DNA of 64,000 nt, from NCBI GenBank assembly GCA_965644295.1, contig CBFFRP010000295.1, positions 1-64,000 on the forward strand, given 5' to 3'. The position numbers were made by a program, and so were the translations under genes. Under the pieces are notes generated by a model. That model worked only from the letters and a program-made list of their open reading frames with translations. It did not search any database and was not told the origin of the DNA. This document shows, one piece after another, positions 37,112 through 51,252 of the stretch. Within the stretch, counting starts at the first letter, position 1; every line of letters starts with the position of its first letter. The stretch is from Paraphysomonas bandaiensis (lineage: Eukaryota > Protista > Chrysophyceae).

Positions 37112-39199
37112 TTACAAATTTCTACTGAACCGGTACTTTCTATCGTCATACTTTTCCCGATCTTCAGCCGTCTTTTTGTTTATTATGATGCAATTTTGCC
37201 CAAAGCTTATCATAGATATATCAGCTCGAGTTTCCGGTGAGAAACAGCCACTGACACGCCTGTCTTGAGCCCTTCTATTGTTATTAGTCAAAAACTCCAT
37301 GTTGATGTCGTCTAGAAGGTCCTTAAATATCTCTATAGCAGAGTATTGATGGTGGTAGCCGTACTGAGTTTGATACCCATACAGTCCGTTCCGAGTCCAG
37401 TAAGATGTCTCTACATCCTCTATGATATAAACACCGCCCGGTTGTAGTAGATGAGTAAAAAAGTAATTGAAAGTTTGAACCTGGTGGTCCGGTACGTGAG
37501 ATCCGTCGTCAACGATTAGGAATATTGGGTGAGTGACGAGGTTCTTAGCTATATTCTCTAGTTGACTGGTCTTGCTCTGATCTGCCTGGAAGATTTTGAA
37601 TCGTTCCCCTTCCTTACACACTCCTATATCTATACCGTATATAAAGGCATGGGGGAAATACTCAAGCCACAAGTTAAGTGAGTGGCTCTCGTCAACACCA
37701 ATCTCGAGCATTCCCCCTCCCTGAAGAGTTCGAAATCGCTCTATGTGAATTGGATAGAAACGGTGGTAGCCATGTTGGTAGATTTTGTCAGTTCCACACC
37801 GTGATCCAATACGTGCAAAGTCTCCCGCAAGTGAAGTAATGGGGTTGGCCCAGGGTGAGGTTGCAGGTGGTTCTGGAGCTGGATCTGAGACATTAATAAG
37901 TGAGCTCCCAACCGCAGCTCAGGTGATCATAACACAATAGAAGAAAAAAAGGGACCTGAAATTTCTGGATTTTCTGCCGTAGTGGTAACGACCTCAGGGA
38001 TTCTCTGTTGTTTGTCCACTCTGTTCCCAGTCTGTCTCTCTTCACTCCACTCTGGTATTTCATACCCCAGGTAGGCGAAAAGACGCTGGTTGTGGGGTGC
38101 ATATATCTCCTTCAACTGCTCTACAAAGTCAAATGCTATTGCAAACTACTACAATATTGAATACCTTTTGTAGGTATTGTGGTGGGATGGTGGTGCCAGC
38201 TCGGTACTCGCCGACATTGTCGTCATCTACCGTGAAGGTGAAATTTCTGTGTGTCCATTAAATCACAAAACCATGATGAACATATCCACCCACTTGACTC
38301 CAAGAAACTTAACAATCCGCGAGTACTCCTCTGTAGGATTGGCCTTTAGTCGTTCGGCTATGACAATGAGCATCTGGCTCCTACGGAAAATATATTCACA
38401 TTTGAAAAAAACAAGTGTAGCTGACCAAGAGCACAAGGCTCACCTGTCCGGAAAGTGCTTCTGAAACCGCTCAATCTGATCCATATAAAAGCCACGCTGC
38501 ACAAAATGATATTCAGCCGTGCCGTATGTACGCTTTTCGTTCATCATCGTCGCTAGCTCCCGATCAATACACTCACTGAAGGAGAGTGTCTCCCTCTTCG
38601 TTTCTATTTCCATATTCCAGCTTGAGAATGCTCTGAGAAACCGATATGTTAAATAACACACTCACACCAAACACAAACCTCTTGATAGGATCTCGAAGGC
38701 ATAATATGAACTTTGCATTGGGGCATACTTCCTTAATCCGTGGTGCACAATCATCACAGTATATCAGTTCAGGAGTCTTCTCTCCAATAACAGGCTTCTG
38801 AGATCGCAACTGTTCCCGAAACCAATCCACTCCAAACCCCCAGCAAAAAGTAAAAAACTGACACTCATTCTTGACTGTAACACACACATATATATATTAC
38901 TATAAATCACCATAGTATATGTACATAATCTTAAGCGTCTCCTACACATAATTATATGCCCACTTACCGAATATATCCGGATGTTTGCTCAAATTCTTCG
39001 CTAGTGCAGTAGTACCAGCCTTCTGTGCACCCACTATCAGAAAATCCACCACACGAGAAGAAGACTCTGAGGTCGAACTGGTTGTGTTGTTGGATGTGTC
39101 GGTTTGCTTTACTCTCTTATGAGCGGGCTCATTATCTCGTGAGATTGATGCCTTCTCAGAGTTTTTATACATTTGCATAGCGGATTTAAGGCTTTTCAT
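37112..39199 (-). CDS. Sulfotransferase (PAPS-dependent, heparan-sulfate ST-like) fused to a class I SAM O-methyltransferase, multi-exon
   Basis: VDFLIVGAQKAGTTAL (5'-PSB), GEKTPE, KFILCLRDPIKRAFS (3'-PB), YAPHNQRL; then TDKIYQHGYHRFY, MLEIGV, IYGIDI, LIVDDGSH, LQPGGVYIIED. Confidence 0.82.
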
Positions 39200-39341
39200 G
39201 GGGTGATATCACTGCACAGTATTAAGGGGCGGGAATTAGTTGTCTAATTAAAAATAACCTCATCCGATAGCGATACAATCCACAGGTACATAAAAATAGG
39301 CTACTGTACCTACAGATATAATATACAGACCCGTACATATG

Positions 39342-40052
39342 TACATACATACATACATACATACATACATACATACATACATACATAGGAATTCCTACAT
39401 ACATACATACATACATACATACATACATACATACATACATACATACATACATACATACATACATACATACATACATACATACATACATACATACATACAT
39501 ACATACATACATACATACATACATACATACATACATACATACATACATACATACATACATACATACATACATACATACATACATACATACATACATACAT
39601 ACATACATACATACATACATACATACATACATACATACATACATACATACATACATACATACATACATACATACATACATACATACATACATACATACAT
39701 ACATACATACATACATACATACATACATACATACATACATACATACATACATACATACATACATACATACATACATACATACATACATACATACATACAT
39801 ACATACATACATACATACATACATACATACATACATACATACATACATACATACATACATACATACATACATACATACATACATACATACATACATACAT
39901 ACATACATACATACATACATACATACATACATACATACATACATACATACATACATACATACATACATACATACATACATACATACATACATACATACAT
40001 ACATACATACATACATACATACATACATACATACATACATACATACATACAT
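39342..40052. repeat. (ACAT)n microsatellite of about 710 bp, interrupted once by GGAATTCC
   Basis: Read directly. Confidence 0.99.
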
Positions 40053-40194
40053 TCTGTAACTATACTGCCGTATTGTGCAGAGCTGTCTCACGGCACCTTC
40101 ATACATTACTATCATATATCAGAGTTGATCCTAATAGTCCTCCACTCGAATATTTGTACTAGCACTGAGATCAACTCATAGTATATATGAGGAT

Positions 40195-43100
40195 ATGACA
40201 TCCAGATCTCTTTTATCTAAGTGGCTGGTAGAGTATACGAGCCCTGTGGTAGTAACTGTGGCGACAGCTGAAGCAGAGGCGATATGCTTAAAGAATGGAT
40301 TACTATTTCATGAGCTGCTCAGGTTTAATGAAATGATTTTATTTGCTTTCATTATAATCTTATTTATGAATAGTGCTTTTGGTCATTTGGATAATTTGAG
40401 TGCTACTGTTCGTTCAGTGAATCATCAGATCCCTGTCATAGATGCCCATATCAGATTTGAGAGAGTATCAGAAGTTGTACCCAAGAGCTCTGGATGTATA
40501 GAAGAGGTAATTTATTTATTTATTTGTGTCAATAACTGTGAAGTGTATATAGATTCTTCGCGATTCTTTTGTTGCATATGATATCGAGAAGTTGCCACAC
40601 ACACCCGACGAATTGAAATCATCACCACCATCTGGTTGGACTTCAAAAATAGAGCAGACTCTCATGCGATCCATGTCTTTCAGCGAGTTTGAGATGTCCT
40701 CTCACCCACTTATATTCCTGACGGTGGTGGCGTCTTCGGATGTAGACCATATCGCGTGTATGCACGAGCTCTCTTCGGTGCACCACTTGCCGGCCTGCTT
40801 CGGAACTGTAAGTATCCATGACCATATTGACCTGTTGCTAGTTATGTAGCCTTATACAGGGCCAATATGACCCTGATATTCACCGCGTCTATTTGCTGCT
40901 TCACGACAACTCATCTGGGCATGATGTCGACACCAGTTTGCTTCTGCGACAGGTTCGTACTCGTCCGCAATTGCGACTGTCTTGTCATTTGCTAACAGCT
41001 CAAGTCGAAGTTTTCGCCCACACACACAAAGCTGCTGTGTATAAATTCTCTTCCCGAAGACAATCCCAATCTGCACCACCCAGATATATGGGCCCGGTGG
41101 CGTATCCCTCTTTTCTTCCCACAACACGCTCCCCAGTCTCCGGCTGATCAAACCAGGTGAGGTGCTTGCTTCTTCGTCACTCTTGAAATTCACTTCGCTC
41201 CAACTTCACCCATAGTCCCGTTAACCCTGAGACGAACACTCCGGTAGTTGGGACACGTCTGTCTATGGAGGATTACATGAGCCTCAGAACTTTTTGCATA
41301 GAACTCTTCCAGCAGGAGGTGTTGCCTGCCTATGAACGGCGCGTAGGGGTATTACTTAGACACGTTAATGAAGCCAGGAAGGGTGTCAGAAATGTGTTAA
41401 AGAGTTTTTGGCGCAAGCCTCGGGACAACAGTTCCCATATGAAGGGTGTCGCTAGGTACAAACACGACCGCATAGAGGCACAAATTCTGCTCTTAGGTGA
41501 CACAGCCTTCAGTATGCGGGTAAGTGTTGCAAAATATATCTAACTAACTGAGGTTTTGCAAAGGACTACGAGGCCGCGTTGTCCATGTATCGATTGGTAA
41601 AAGATGACTTTAAGGCTGACAAGGTAGGCCTTCCTTGTGTATATTAGTACCATACTGATGGTGTCCACATTTTGCGTTGCAGTCTAACTTGCACATCGCA
41701 CACACGAACTTGATGATGGCTGCATGCCAATTCATGCTTGAGCCAGGAGTCCGCACCAGAGAGGTAGGCTCCTACGTAGAGTCTATTGGTGCCTGTATAT
41801 CCATGAATTCAGAGGTAAACAACATGTGATTTACCTTATTGACTCTGATACTTTAAGCACAGCTCCCACATGCCAGTGCGTATTATGCTTTTATTCTCAG
41901 TGAAATACTGACAGCGAATGCCTCGAATAAGTCTCCTCTGGAGGCTGTGCAAGTGCTACTTCAGGCCGCTGGAAGTGTGTCGCGGCTACCAATGCTGAGT
42001 GCACTTCTGACTGAGCGCGCAGCACAATACTGCCTTCCAGCTAGACAGGACAGGAAGTACTCGTTGCATGTGGTCCTGGCAGGACACAAATTTAACTCGT
42101 GCGGTGTGCCAGCAGCAGTCAGCCATGCGTCTGTTTGTTTTGCAGCTGCCATGGTACTGCACGACCCAGGTGCCTGGGGTACTGTCAAGAGTAGATTGTG
42201 GAGGGCACTCGCAGACAAACTGAAGCGGTCTGGTAGTGCTGATGGGGCTCGGAAAGCTTTGTTACTTCTGCTGCAGATTCTTAGTGCTGTTTCGTCCAAC
42301 GGCAAGACTTATAGTGGCACTGTAGCTCTGGTAGATGCAGTGAATGTATATCATGAGCTGATTCATGAGAGCTTCTGGGGCAATATGTCGATACCATCGG
42401 GCTGGGAGGATGTATGCACGCGCGATATTCTTCTCGACAAGACCCAGTATACCGACCAAACACCCCGCACACGTGATTGCAAGGTGGATCTGGAAACGGC
42501 GGTGGATCTTATCGATAGCAATTCTTCCTGTAGCCCCCCTATTGATTCTGGGCTCACGGTTGTGGAAGATCTCAGAATTCCTGAGGTATTCATGCCCTCA
42601 GTGGTGCTAATGGTGCCACTCAATGGCTCTGCTTGTGCCGTTCCGCATGGAACGTACAGTTCACTTCACTCTAAAATCGACCTTCTCAAGTCCCTTTTAG
42701 AAGTTGAAAAATCTTTAGAGAAGTCCTTTTCGTCTGTAGCCGAAGATGACTTGTTACTACAAACTTGTGCTGAGCGTTTTATATTAACTAATATGAGTGC
42801 TCGTTCTGATAATAGTAGATCTCTTGGAACACATGCTCTTGGAGGATCCTCTAAAGGTCTGATGATTCCGCTGGGGGAGAAGGTAATTATTCAAATGCAT
42901 ATCAACAACCCGCTGCCGGTGGAACTTTCATTGAAAGATTTTAAAATAATCATGAATTCCCCTGATTGTTTTGATGTCACTGGGGTGGACGTGGTTCTCC
43001 CTTCAGGGGCCTCCAAGGTTCTCACTCTTTATGCCACTCCTCTGAACTTGGGAAGTTTCCATGTTGAGGGTGTGAGCTGGTACCTTGGGGACAAGGTAAA

Positions 43101-45034
43101 GGTTGTCCAACATATTCGGAAAGAAGGGCCTCTTTTGCAAAAGACGCTATCTCAGCGCGCGGTGAGAGAGCGAGGCCAAGATCGAAGTTTGATGTTTAAT
43201 ATTGTTGAGACTTGTCCGTCGATTCAAGTCGAGATTGGCGAAAGCATTAACAACACCGAGATTCTGAGTGGAGAGGTAATTAATACGACAATTGTTCTGC
43301 ACAATGAAGGGGGTGCAGACGGGAAAGATATTGACTTGATATTCAACTACCCCGTTTCTGCTGTAGAATTGTACAACGAATCTGAAGGCGATGAGTCTGA
43401 GAGTGTTCAATTTTTGCCTTTTTTCGGTCAGTCGTGCACAGCAGTTCACCTGCCAGCTGGTATAGAAGTCCGTCCGGGCGATAGCGTTACTCTGCGGGCA
43501 TGGGTACGGCTACAGGACCCTGGGATTCAGGAGATTCAAGTGCTAGCATCGTATAAGTCTAAGTCTTCCGAGCGATCCTCTACACGGATGAGTTTCTCCT
43601 CCTTCCAAGTCACGGTGCTACCATCCATAGATATTTCTATGTCTGTAGTGGCGCGACAATCTTCTTCCACGTCTAAGTCCATTTTGCTGGAACTCGCAAA
43701 TCGAATTCCCACTGATGAAATGGCATCTAATTATGGTATTGTTACCCCCATACAAGCGAGCAGTGATGTCCCGGAGGCGATGAATCGCGGAGGGAATGGG
43801 TGCTGTTGTGTCTCTGGCATACTATTTCTTGGTGCTGGTGAGTTAGCAGGAACTATTATAGGTGCAACGACGGGACCAGGAAATGAGAAATGTATAGCAA
43901 ACATTTCCGAGAAATTGTCATTGTACCTTCCGGTCGAGCTGGCATCTGCTGCAGACATGCTTGATCCCAATCCCCCTATTGGAGAGTCTTGGTTTTGTTC
44001 TCCTGATGTGTCCACTAGAATTTCTCCAGTTTTTGAGATGTTTACCTTTATGTCGTTTTGCACCAATAGGTTGTTGCGAGAAATGGAGAGAGCTCGAAAC
44101 AGGATCCGGGAGTCGGAGTTAAATGGAAATGAACAAGCACCACGACTGATATCGCAAGTGAGGAAGGAGCGAAATATCAAAGCTGCATCTAACACTTCTT
44201 CCGCCAATGACTCCGGGTATGATTCTCCGTGCAGGGGTATCAGCGACGTTGGACCCTTTTCCACTGGACCTCCTAGCAACCCCGGTGTGCGTAGGAACGA
44301 AAATAGTTGTGAATACAGCACTGATGCCCTGATGAGCACTGTGGCTCGGAGTGAAATGAAAAGGGGAGAGGCTACTGTTGCGGTGGCATGGGCATGCCAC
44401 TGGAAGGGTCAACTTCATCATGGTATAAGCATACTACACCGCCAACACTTATTTCGATCCACTGGTCTGGAGAACGATTCTTCTGCCTCAATCCCTCTTC
44501 CCGCGTCACCTGTGCGTAAGTTATCACCTGGCACGGTGTCTGGCGAAAATCCTAGTGACATGCTTGGGGTAGGATTTAAACACCCCCAGTCTATAACCTG
44601 GGACTTCTCTAAGGGAAGATGCCCCGTCAGTGTAATGCTTGAACTGCACTCAACCTCCTCCGTTCCTCTAGTTGTTTACGTGGAAGCGTTGGAATGGATA
44701 GATATGCCTTCGAATAGGTCATCCTCGCGGCGTAGACGCCCACCAGTCAAGGGCCTTCATTGGGAGGGGAAGTCCAGGTATGTTGGGGTCCTTATATCTC
44801 CTCAGTCTACTGTTCAGCTTCCTTTCCTCGCGCTGATATCGCGTAAAGGTGTATATGACGTAAAGAGGTAAGCGCTATTCACATGCATTCCATATTACTT
44901 ATTGCTAAAGTTATTTCCGTAGATTCCGGGTCGCTGTAAGTTTAACCAATGATGAAACTTCTTCTCCGACAATCAAAGTCTTGCAGGGGCAAAGTCTCGT
45001 TGCTGTTGTTGAAGAGAACGTCATAGAAAAATAG
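40195..45034 (+). CDS. TRAPPC8: TRAPP III complex subunit 8 (Trs85), multi-exon
   Basis: AEAICLKNGLLFHELL.AFG; SFSEFEMSSHPLIFLTVVASSD; RKGVRNVLKSFWRKPR; EAQILLLGDTAFSMRDYEAALSMYRLVKDDFKADK; RKYSLHVVLAGHKF. Confidence 0.9.
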
Positions 45035-46488
45035 AATAACATAATCTTTGGAATTGTGTAATTGGAAATAACGATATGAACAGCTACCCCCCTAGTACTG
45101 CAGTAGGAATTACAAGTTCTGTATTTTGTGATTCGCGATCGGATTTTTTATGATATTTTGATCGTAATTGTCAAGATAGTGCAATCTGAAAGCAGCATGC
45201 ATAGTGCATAATAAGTCTCTGTTTCGGCTACGTACTTGTACGAGGGTGCTATGTATGCTCTACTCAGAATTTTCAGAAGTAATCACATATCAGCATCGTT
45301 TTTACTTCGATATACGGCAGTGTGCTTAACATAATGTCACAGAATTGTAGAAAATTCGCCCATCTAACTCGTTTACTAACTAACCTTGGCATATTAATGT
45401 CATTTATCATTATAAAATTATTAAGGAGAGGGCCCAATTGGCCCTTGGGGGTAAAGAGTAAAATTGGGCTCGCCTCTCCCCTCATTTTTAGACTAAAGTC
45501 TAAATAAAAGGGACAGGGTATGTGTGTGAAAGTCTTATTATTAGCAGTAGGCGTCAAGAACCTGTTAGAAATAGACATTTTTAGTAATAAGACCTTCGTT
45601 AACACTTATATGGAATATTATTTAATTATGAGAGATACCATACTTCATTCATTGACGTTCACCAACTCTTTCTATCTCTACTACACCAACCATTTCTAGT
45701 ACGATCTTACATCGTCACTATCTTGTACAGTCAGTATATTTCAGTTTTATCACTACAATGGCTATCATATTATTGGTTCTCATACTACAGCTAGCTACTA
45801 CTGTATTCTTTGAGTAACGGATATAATTCTAATATCTTGGAAACTACAGCTTTTAATTGCTCACAAACAGCAAAACTCAACACTCCCTCTCAATTCAAAG
45901 CTGTAACACATGGCATAACTGACGGATACATACTGAAATTACAACATCAAAATTTACATTCTGTTCACATAGAGGCAATCGCGTTCATTAAAAAACTGTT
46001 TACTTCCTCTGAAATTATACTTTCGTATATGAATCATATAGTATTGCAAAACTTATCCAAACCATACATGACCCTTGCAAAACTATAACAATAATTGCTT
46101 GCCATTGATGTTGAAACCATACCATTGATATTGAACAACTCTTTGCAGACTTTTTACCAATCTCAGACAATACTGTCATTCATTGAAACTTGATAAATTC
46201 ACTGAAACCCATTCTTATACATTGAACTTAAAACCGAATTATTCTCTCGTAGTAGTCAGTATCACACAGGACTATTGAGCATAATTTTAACTAGACATTA
46301 TTGAATATGGATCACACTTCTCAAAAACTCAGAACTCTCATATTGTAACTCCTATCACAACGGTAAGGCTCACAACAACCTCAATCCATTCCGAAATAAA
46401 ATGAATAAAACCATGATAAATATTGCATCATCATAAATAATAAGATGAACTTTGAAACAAAAGACACTTGCTGGATTTGGAATTGAAC

Positions 46489-47136
46489 TTACTGAATTAA
46501 TGGCGGCCCTGGCCCATGCTCCGCAATAAACACAAGATTTGAAAGCAATAAACTCAAACTCTTGTTCAACGTAAGAAACTGAAAAACGTAACAAGCTGCA
46601 TCTTGCTTTATCAGCATAAACAAGGAATATTCAAACACCGAATAATTGAACACTGAAAAAGGTACGACTGACATGCGCTCGATTACATCTGTAGCATCAT
46701 TGGCAGTAGTCTCTTTTCCAAAGGAATTTGGAATTACCATTTCAGGATCAATGGCAACATGCTGCATAACAACTTGAGAATTATCAACAAAAATCTCAGC
46801 CTCGAATGACTCTGACTGAACGTCCTGCTGCTCAACAAATTCCAACATATCATTGACAACATTCTGCACAATACAGTTCTCATCGGTTCTGTTCTGAAGT
46901 AGATCTGAATTAGCTGGAATCGCTCGTCTTGAGGAACGTCGAGACTCCAACTGCTGCAATCTTTGTTCGAACATTTCGAAATGAAGATCGATGGACTCAA
47001 AACGCTTGTTCAGCTGCTCTTGTTGTTCAGCAAACCGCTGCTTTTGTTGAGCAAACTGTTCATTTTGTTCAGCAAACCGCTGCTGAAGGAACTCCATAAT
47101 CTTTGAAACCTCTTCTTCCGAACTCATAGTCGACAA
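46489..47136 (-). pseudogene. Gag-like coiled-coil ORF of a second, degenerate LTR-type element
   Basis: Intronless Q/E-rich coiled-coil N-terminus downstream of an LTR-like segment starting TGTCACG at 47573. Confidence 0.4.
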
Positions 47137-47573
47137 TAATATAAATAAACAATGTTTCTTTCTATCCGACTAAAGTATTAATACTGTAATCTTTCTGATG
47201 AGAAAGACCGTGTTTACAACGTTTTATATGAATTTAAAGTGCTTCCCAAACCGAGAATACACTGTCCAGAACACCAAACCGGTGAAACTGCCTCCTAACA
47301 CAAGCAAACCGCGAGTATAGAATGAATTAAATTACGTTAAAACGTGTAAAGAAAGAAAGTGAAATCATACAACACTCTATCTTGCTGTGAATCATCTACA
47401 GTTTACAGTATCATACTTGTACATATACGGGACTTATATCCCTTCAAGAATACAGTAACCGCAATGTATACTAAATAAACTGAAAATGAAAGTACAACAG
47501 CATGCTACCTAGAGTACCGCAGTATAACACCGTATAACTCCACGTATAACAGTAACTACAGGTATGCGTGACA

Positions 47574-49950
47574 CATCATATCCTACCTTTTCATCTGAAT
47601 ATCCTATCAGATATCCGATAAGGGCCTTGTCGTCCCAGTCTTTCCGTCGATCCGCCTTTGTAGTGAGGACATACGCACGACACCCCCATACTCTGAGATA
47701 TTTCAGATTGGGAGCCTCACCAGTCAAAAATTCAAGAGGGGACATATACCCCTTCGCTGTCTTTGTAGGCAATCGAATTAATATGTACCTGGCTGCCATG
47801 TAGGCATCTAGCCAAAACTGTGAAGGCAATCCTGACTGAATCAGCATCGCTAATGTCATCTCACCACAGGTCCTGAATTTCCGCTCCTCAATCGCGTTCA
47901 TCTCAGGAGAGTCCGTAGAGCTCCACGTATGTTGATAGCAACCCTGTGACCTAAGATATTGTCGCAGCTCATCACATATTAGCTCCCCTGCTCCATCTGC
48001 ATGGTAATGATGCATTTCTAATTTGTACCTTTTCACATCTCCTTCAAAAATCTTCTTGAAAACCTGCAGTACCGATGACCCAGTCCTATGAACAAGCCCT
48101 TCCGACCAGAACATCCGACTGGCATGGTGTGTTAGTTTGAGCACATATATTTCCCCTCCTCGAGCTGGACAATTTAAGTATACTGCTATATCGGCCGAGA
48201 AATTTGGACGAACGGAGTCCTCATCCTTTGTCCGAAAACTTACTCTGGTGATCTTCGCCCTGGCGCATACATCACATAGACACTGTTCTTTGGAAACACG
48301 TTTCGAGAGATGTTTTCGTTTCAGTCCAGTCCCAATAATTAGCATTCTTTTGTGGGCTTCTACCAACGCATGCTTGTTAAAATGACCCGCTCTCCTATGT
48401 AACAGCTCCAGTTCATCCTCACCCGTACGGTCACTGAGATTTACTTCTGAATCACTGGATGTCGATACGTCTGGAAGCTCCAATAACTGCTGTGTTGGCA
48501 CAGCAGTCATTCCATTCTTCATAGGTCCCTCCAACACCAGCTCATCCGTATTTCTGTCATATATCTGTATACCATACCATACAGTAAATCGATATCCCAT
48601 ATCGTTCAACTTCCGTCCAGAACAAAGACACCGATTTATCTGACTTGATACCTCAATGTTCTTCCATGCTCCACGGGAACCTACACTCGTGACGCATATC
48701 TCTGACCCTTTTTTCGAACCATTAATAACCTTTGATGTGTGCATATGACTATCAAGTATATTCACATCATTTATCAAAAACATTGATGACGAACAACAGG
48801 TATCAATGTATGTATAGTGAATATCCTCATGCACACTACTGCATATATTCGTCTCATACACATTACATGACAAGTGATACTCTTCCTGTTGCTCGATCAT
48901 ATTTGCTTCGTCTTCGTCAGACAAATCCGCTGGCTCTCCACGCCTGATGTTTTCAACTGTAAGTAGTCTTTTGTCTGGTTTCCTTCCATCTTGAAACCTC
49001 ACAGCCTTGCTCTTGCTTTGCGAGTACTTCTTTTTCGATGCTGGACAATCGATGGCAAGATGTTCCTTTGACTTACAATTTCTGCACCCAGTATATTCGG
49101 CACTTCCAGGTCGCTGCCCTGTAATCTCTGTATCCTTCTTCATCGGCTTCTTCTTACCGTTGTTCTTCTTACGATGATCCCTCTCTCTGCGATATCGTTT
49201 CTTACTGTCTATCAGGTTCAGCTCCTCCACTCTTTTACGCTTCTTCTCCAACGCTTCCTTCCCAGCCATAGTATCATCATAGCCTTCTATCTTACGTGAT
49301 ACAGTTACATAATTAACATCATCATCCATCAAGTATAATCCAACTCTCAGTTGAGCATACTCTTCATTGAGCAAGCCTTCTCGTAGTCGACTTGTTTTTG
49401 ATACCTCCGAGATATCCTGCTGCTGCTCCTGTAGTTCCTTCAGCAGTAGTTCGAACCGTAGTACGTAGTCCTTCGCCGTCTCCTCCGGACGCATACGGAA
49501 AGAACCATATTGAGTTAAGAGGTCACTGATCCTATTTTGCTTCCCTCCAGCAAAACACTTCTTCAACTCATCAATCATTACATGTGTTTTGAACCTGTTT
49601 ACACCACTCCCTTCTGCCTTGAACGCTTTGTGGGTAAGATGGAATTTACGCAGCGCTTTCGGGGAATGCTGCACCGCATCCCTGCAGTAAGAATAAGCTA
49701 TGGCGTTCGCCTTCCAATACCTCTTCACAGCCTGTCTGTACGCCTTCTCCTCCATCAACGTAAGTGGCTGCTCCCCGAAGTCGCTCTCCTTAGGTGGCAG
49801 TTCCACCGCTACCTCGCTTTGTTCCTTCCTCATAAGGAATGTCTCGAAGTCCTCAATCCATTGTTCAACGTTAGTCTCGTTGAACTGAGGAACTACTCCT
49901 CTATCCTCCTTCTCTCCTCCTCGCTCGCTACCATGTTGGGAAATGCTCAT
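47574..49950 (-). mobile_element. Ty1/Copia retrotransposon gag-protease-integrase, truncated before RT/RNase H
   Basis: Zn knuckle CRNCKSKEHLAIDC; protease YIDTCCS; HRRAGH..CDVC; rve ADI/HADGAGE/NAIEER; LRVWGCRAYV..WDDKALIGYLIGY; integrase follows protease. Confidence 0.93.
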
Positions 49951-50727
49951 TTTACTTAGATCAAAGAGAGATTAAGTTGTTAGACTAGATAGATTTATTA
50001 ATATCGTTTACACGAATTGTGTTAAACAACACAAGCTCGTTTTGTGCCATGCATAAATCACTACTTCTGTAGACCTTTCGCTACTAAACATATCTTGAAA
50101 GAGCAAACTATTTCAGTTTTCTCAATATCATAACAGCATCTACACATCACCATACTTCACTGTATTCTCGTACATTGTCTTCAAGTACCACATTGAATAT
50201 ACTAGGATACAGTCCATATTCTAATAGGTTGACATGAACGAAATAATTTATCATGTTGTTGACATATGTTACATGACAACACACACAATAGTGTATACAA
50301 TTTCAATAAAAGAGACAATGAACTTCTCTTAACGATCATAACTGTTATAATGATCAATAGTCAATAGGTTAAGCGTATTGTATATAAATGTTAAGCCTTT
50401 CGTGAGACTACCACAGTTCGTATTCACCATCACACTTATGTACGAATTTTAACACCTCGCAGTTGCCATTCCCTCAGTATCCTTCTGTGGTAGGAATGTA
50501 TTTGTTGTAGTTGTTATATGTATACATTTTGGGGTTATTGTTTGAGTTGATCTATAGTGTAATTGCTATTCCCAAAGCATACACATTCAATACGAATTCT
50601 CATTTGTTTTCTTAATGTTCATCAGGAAACAACTATTTCTTCTTACAGTAAGCAGAAAGCAAGCTACTAATAGCTAATAGATATACAATCTAATATTAAG
50701 TTTTCAACATCATGAGGATAAGATACA

Positions 50728-50848
50728 ATTTAACCTAGGGATAAAGAGTATCGTCCCGCGCTTAAAATTCTAAAACTCGGGCTTTTCGCTCTCGTTTCAA
50801 AATTTTAAGCGCGGGACGATATAGCCTCCTTATTGCCCGTGGTTAAAT
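50728..50848. mobile_element. Small palindromic MITE-like element
   Basis: Inner perfect IR TATCGTCCCGCGCTTAAAATT / AATTTTAAGCGCGGGACGATA; outer imperfect ATTTAACC..GGG / CCC..GGTTAAAT. Confidence 0.6.
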
Positions 50849-51252
50849 ATAGCTATATTCCGCTCTCCCTATCTCCATAGAGCCATAAATCATACAGACC
50901 TTTCAATGGAATTCTGGTTGGACATCTACAACTTTGGAACGAAGTGCATATTCTTACCTTTTACTAAATTCCAACAAGTATGTTTGTATGTCGATATACC
51001 ACCACAATATGTTACAGCTTCAAAATATAATACAATATGTTTCAAAAAGCAAAACAAAGACAACGAGGAGAGAGAAGAAGGGTCAATCAATGCAAACTAA
51101 AGGCAACGGTGTGAGAAAAATACCAACACTTATGAAATGTATTTGCTGATAACTTCATCAACAACTTTTTCAACAATGATTCTAAAACACTTCATCAATT
51201 GAATTAAGCCGGTATACAGCCGCATATAGGATACCACCACAATAACAGATGT

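Noticed and set aside
39222-40181. Long MYVC/YIHT ORFs (also 51906-52579)
   Set aside because: Translations of (ACAT)n microsatellites.
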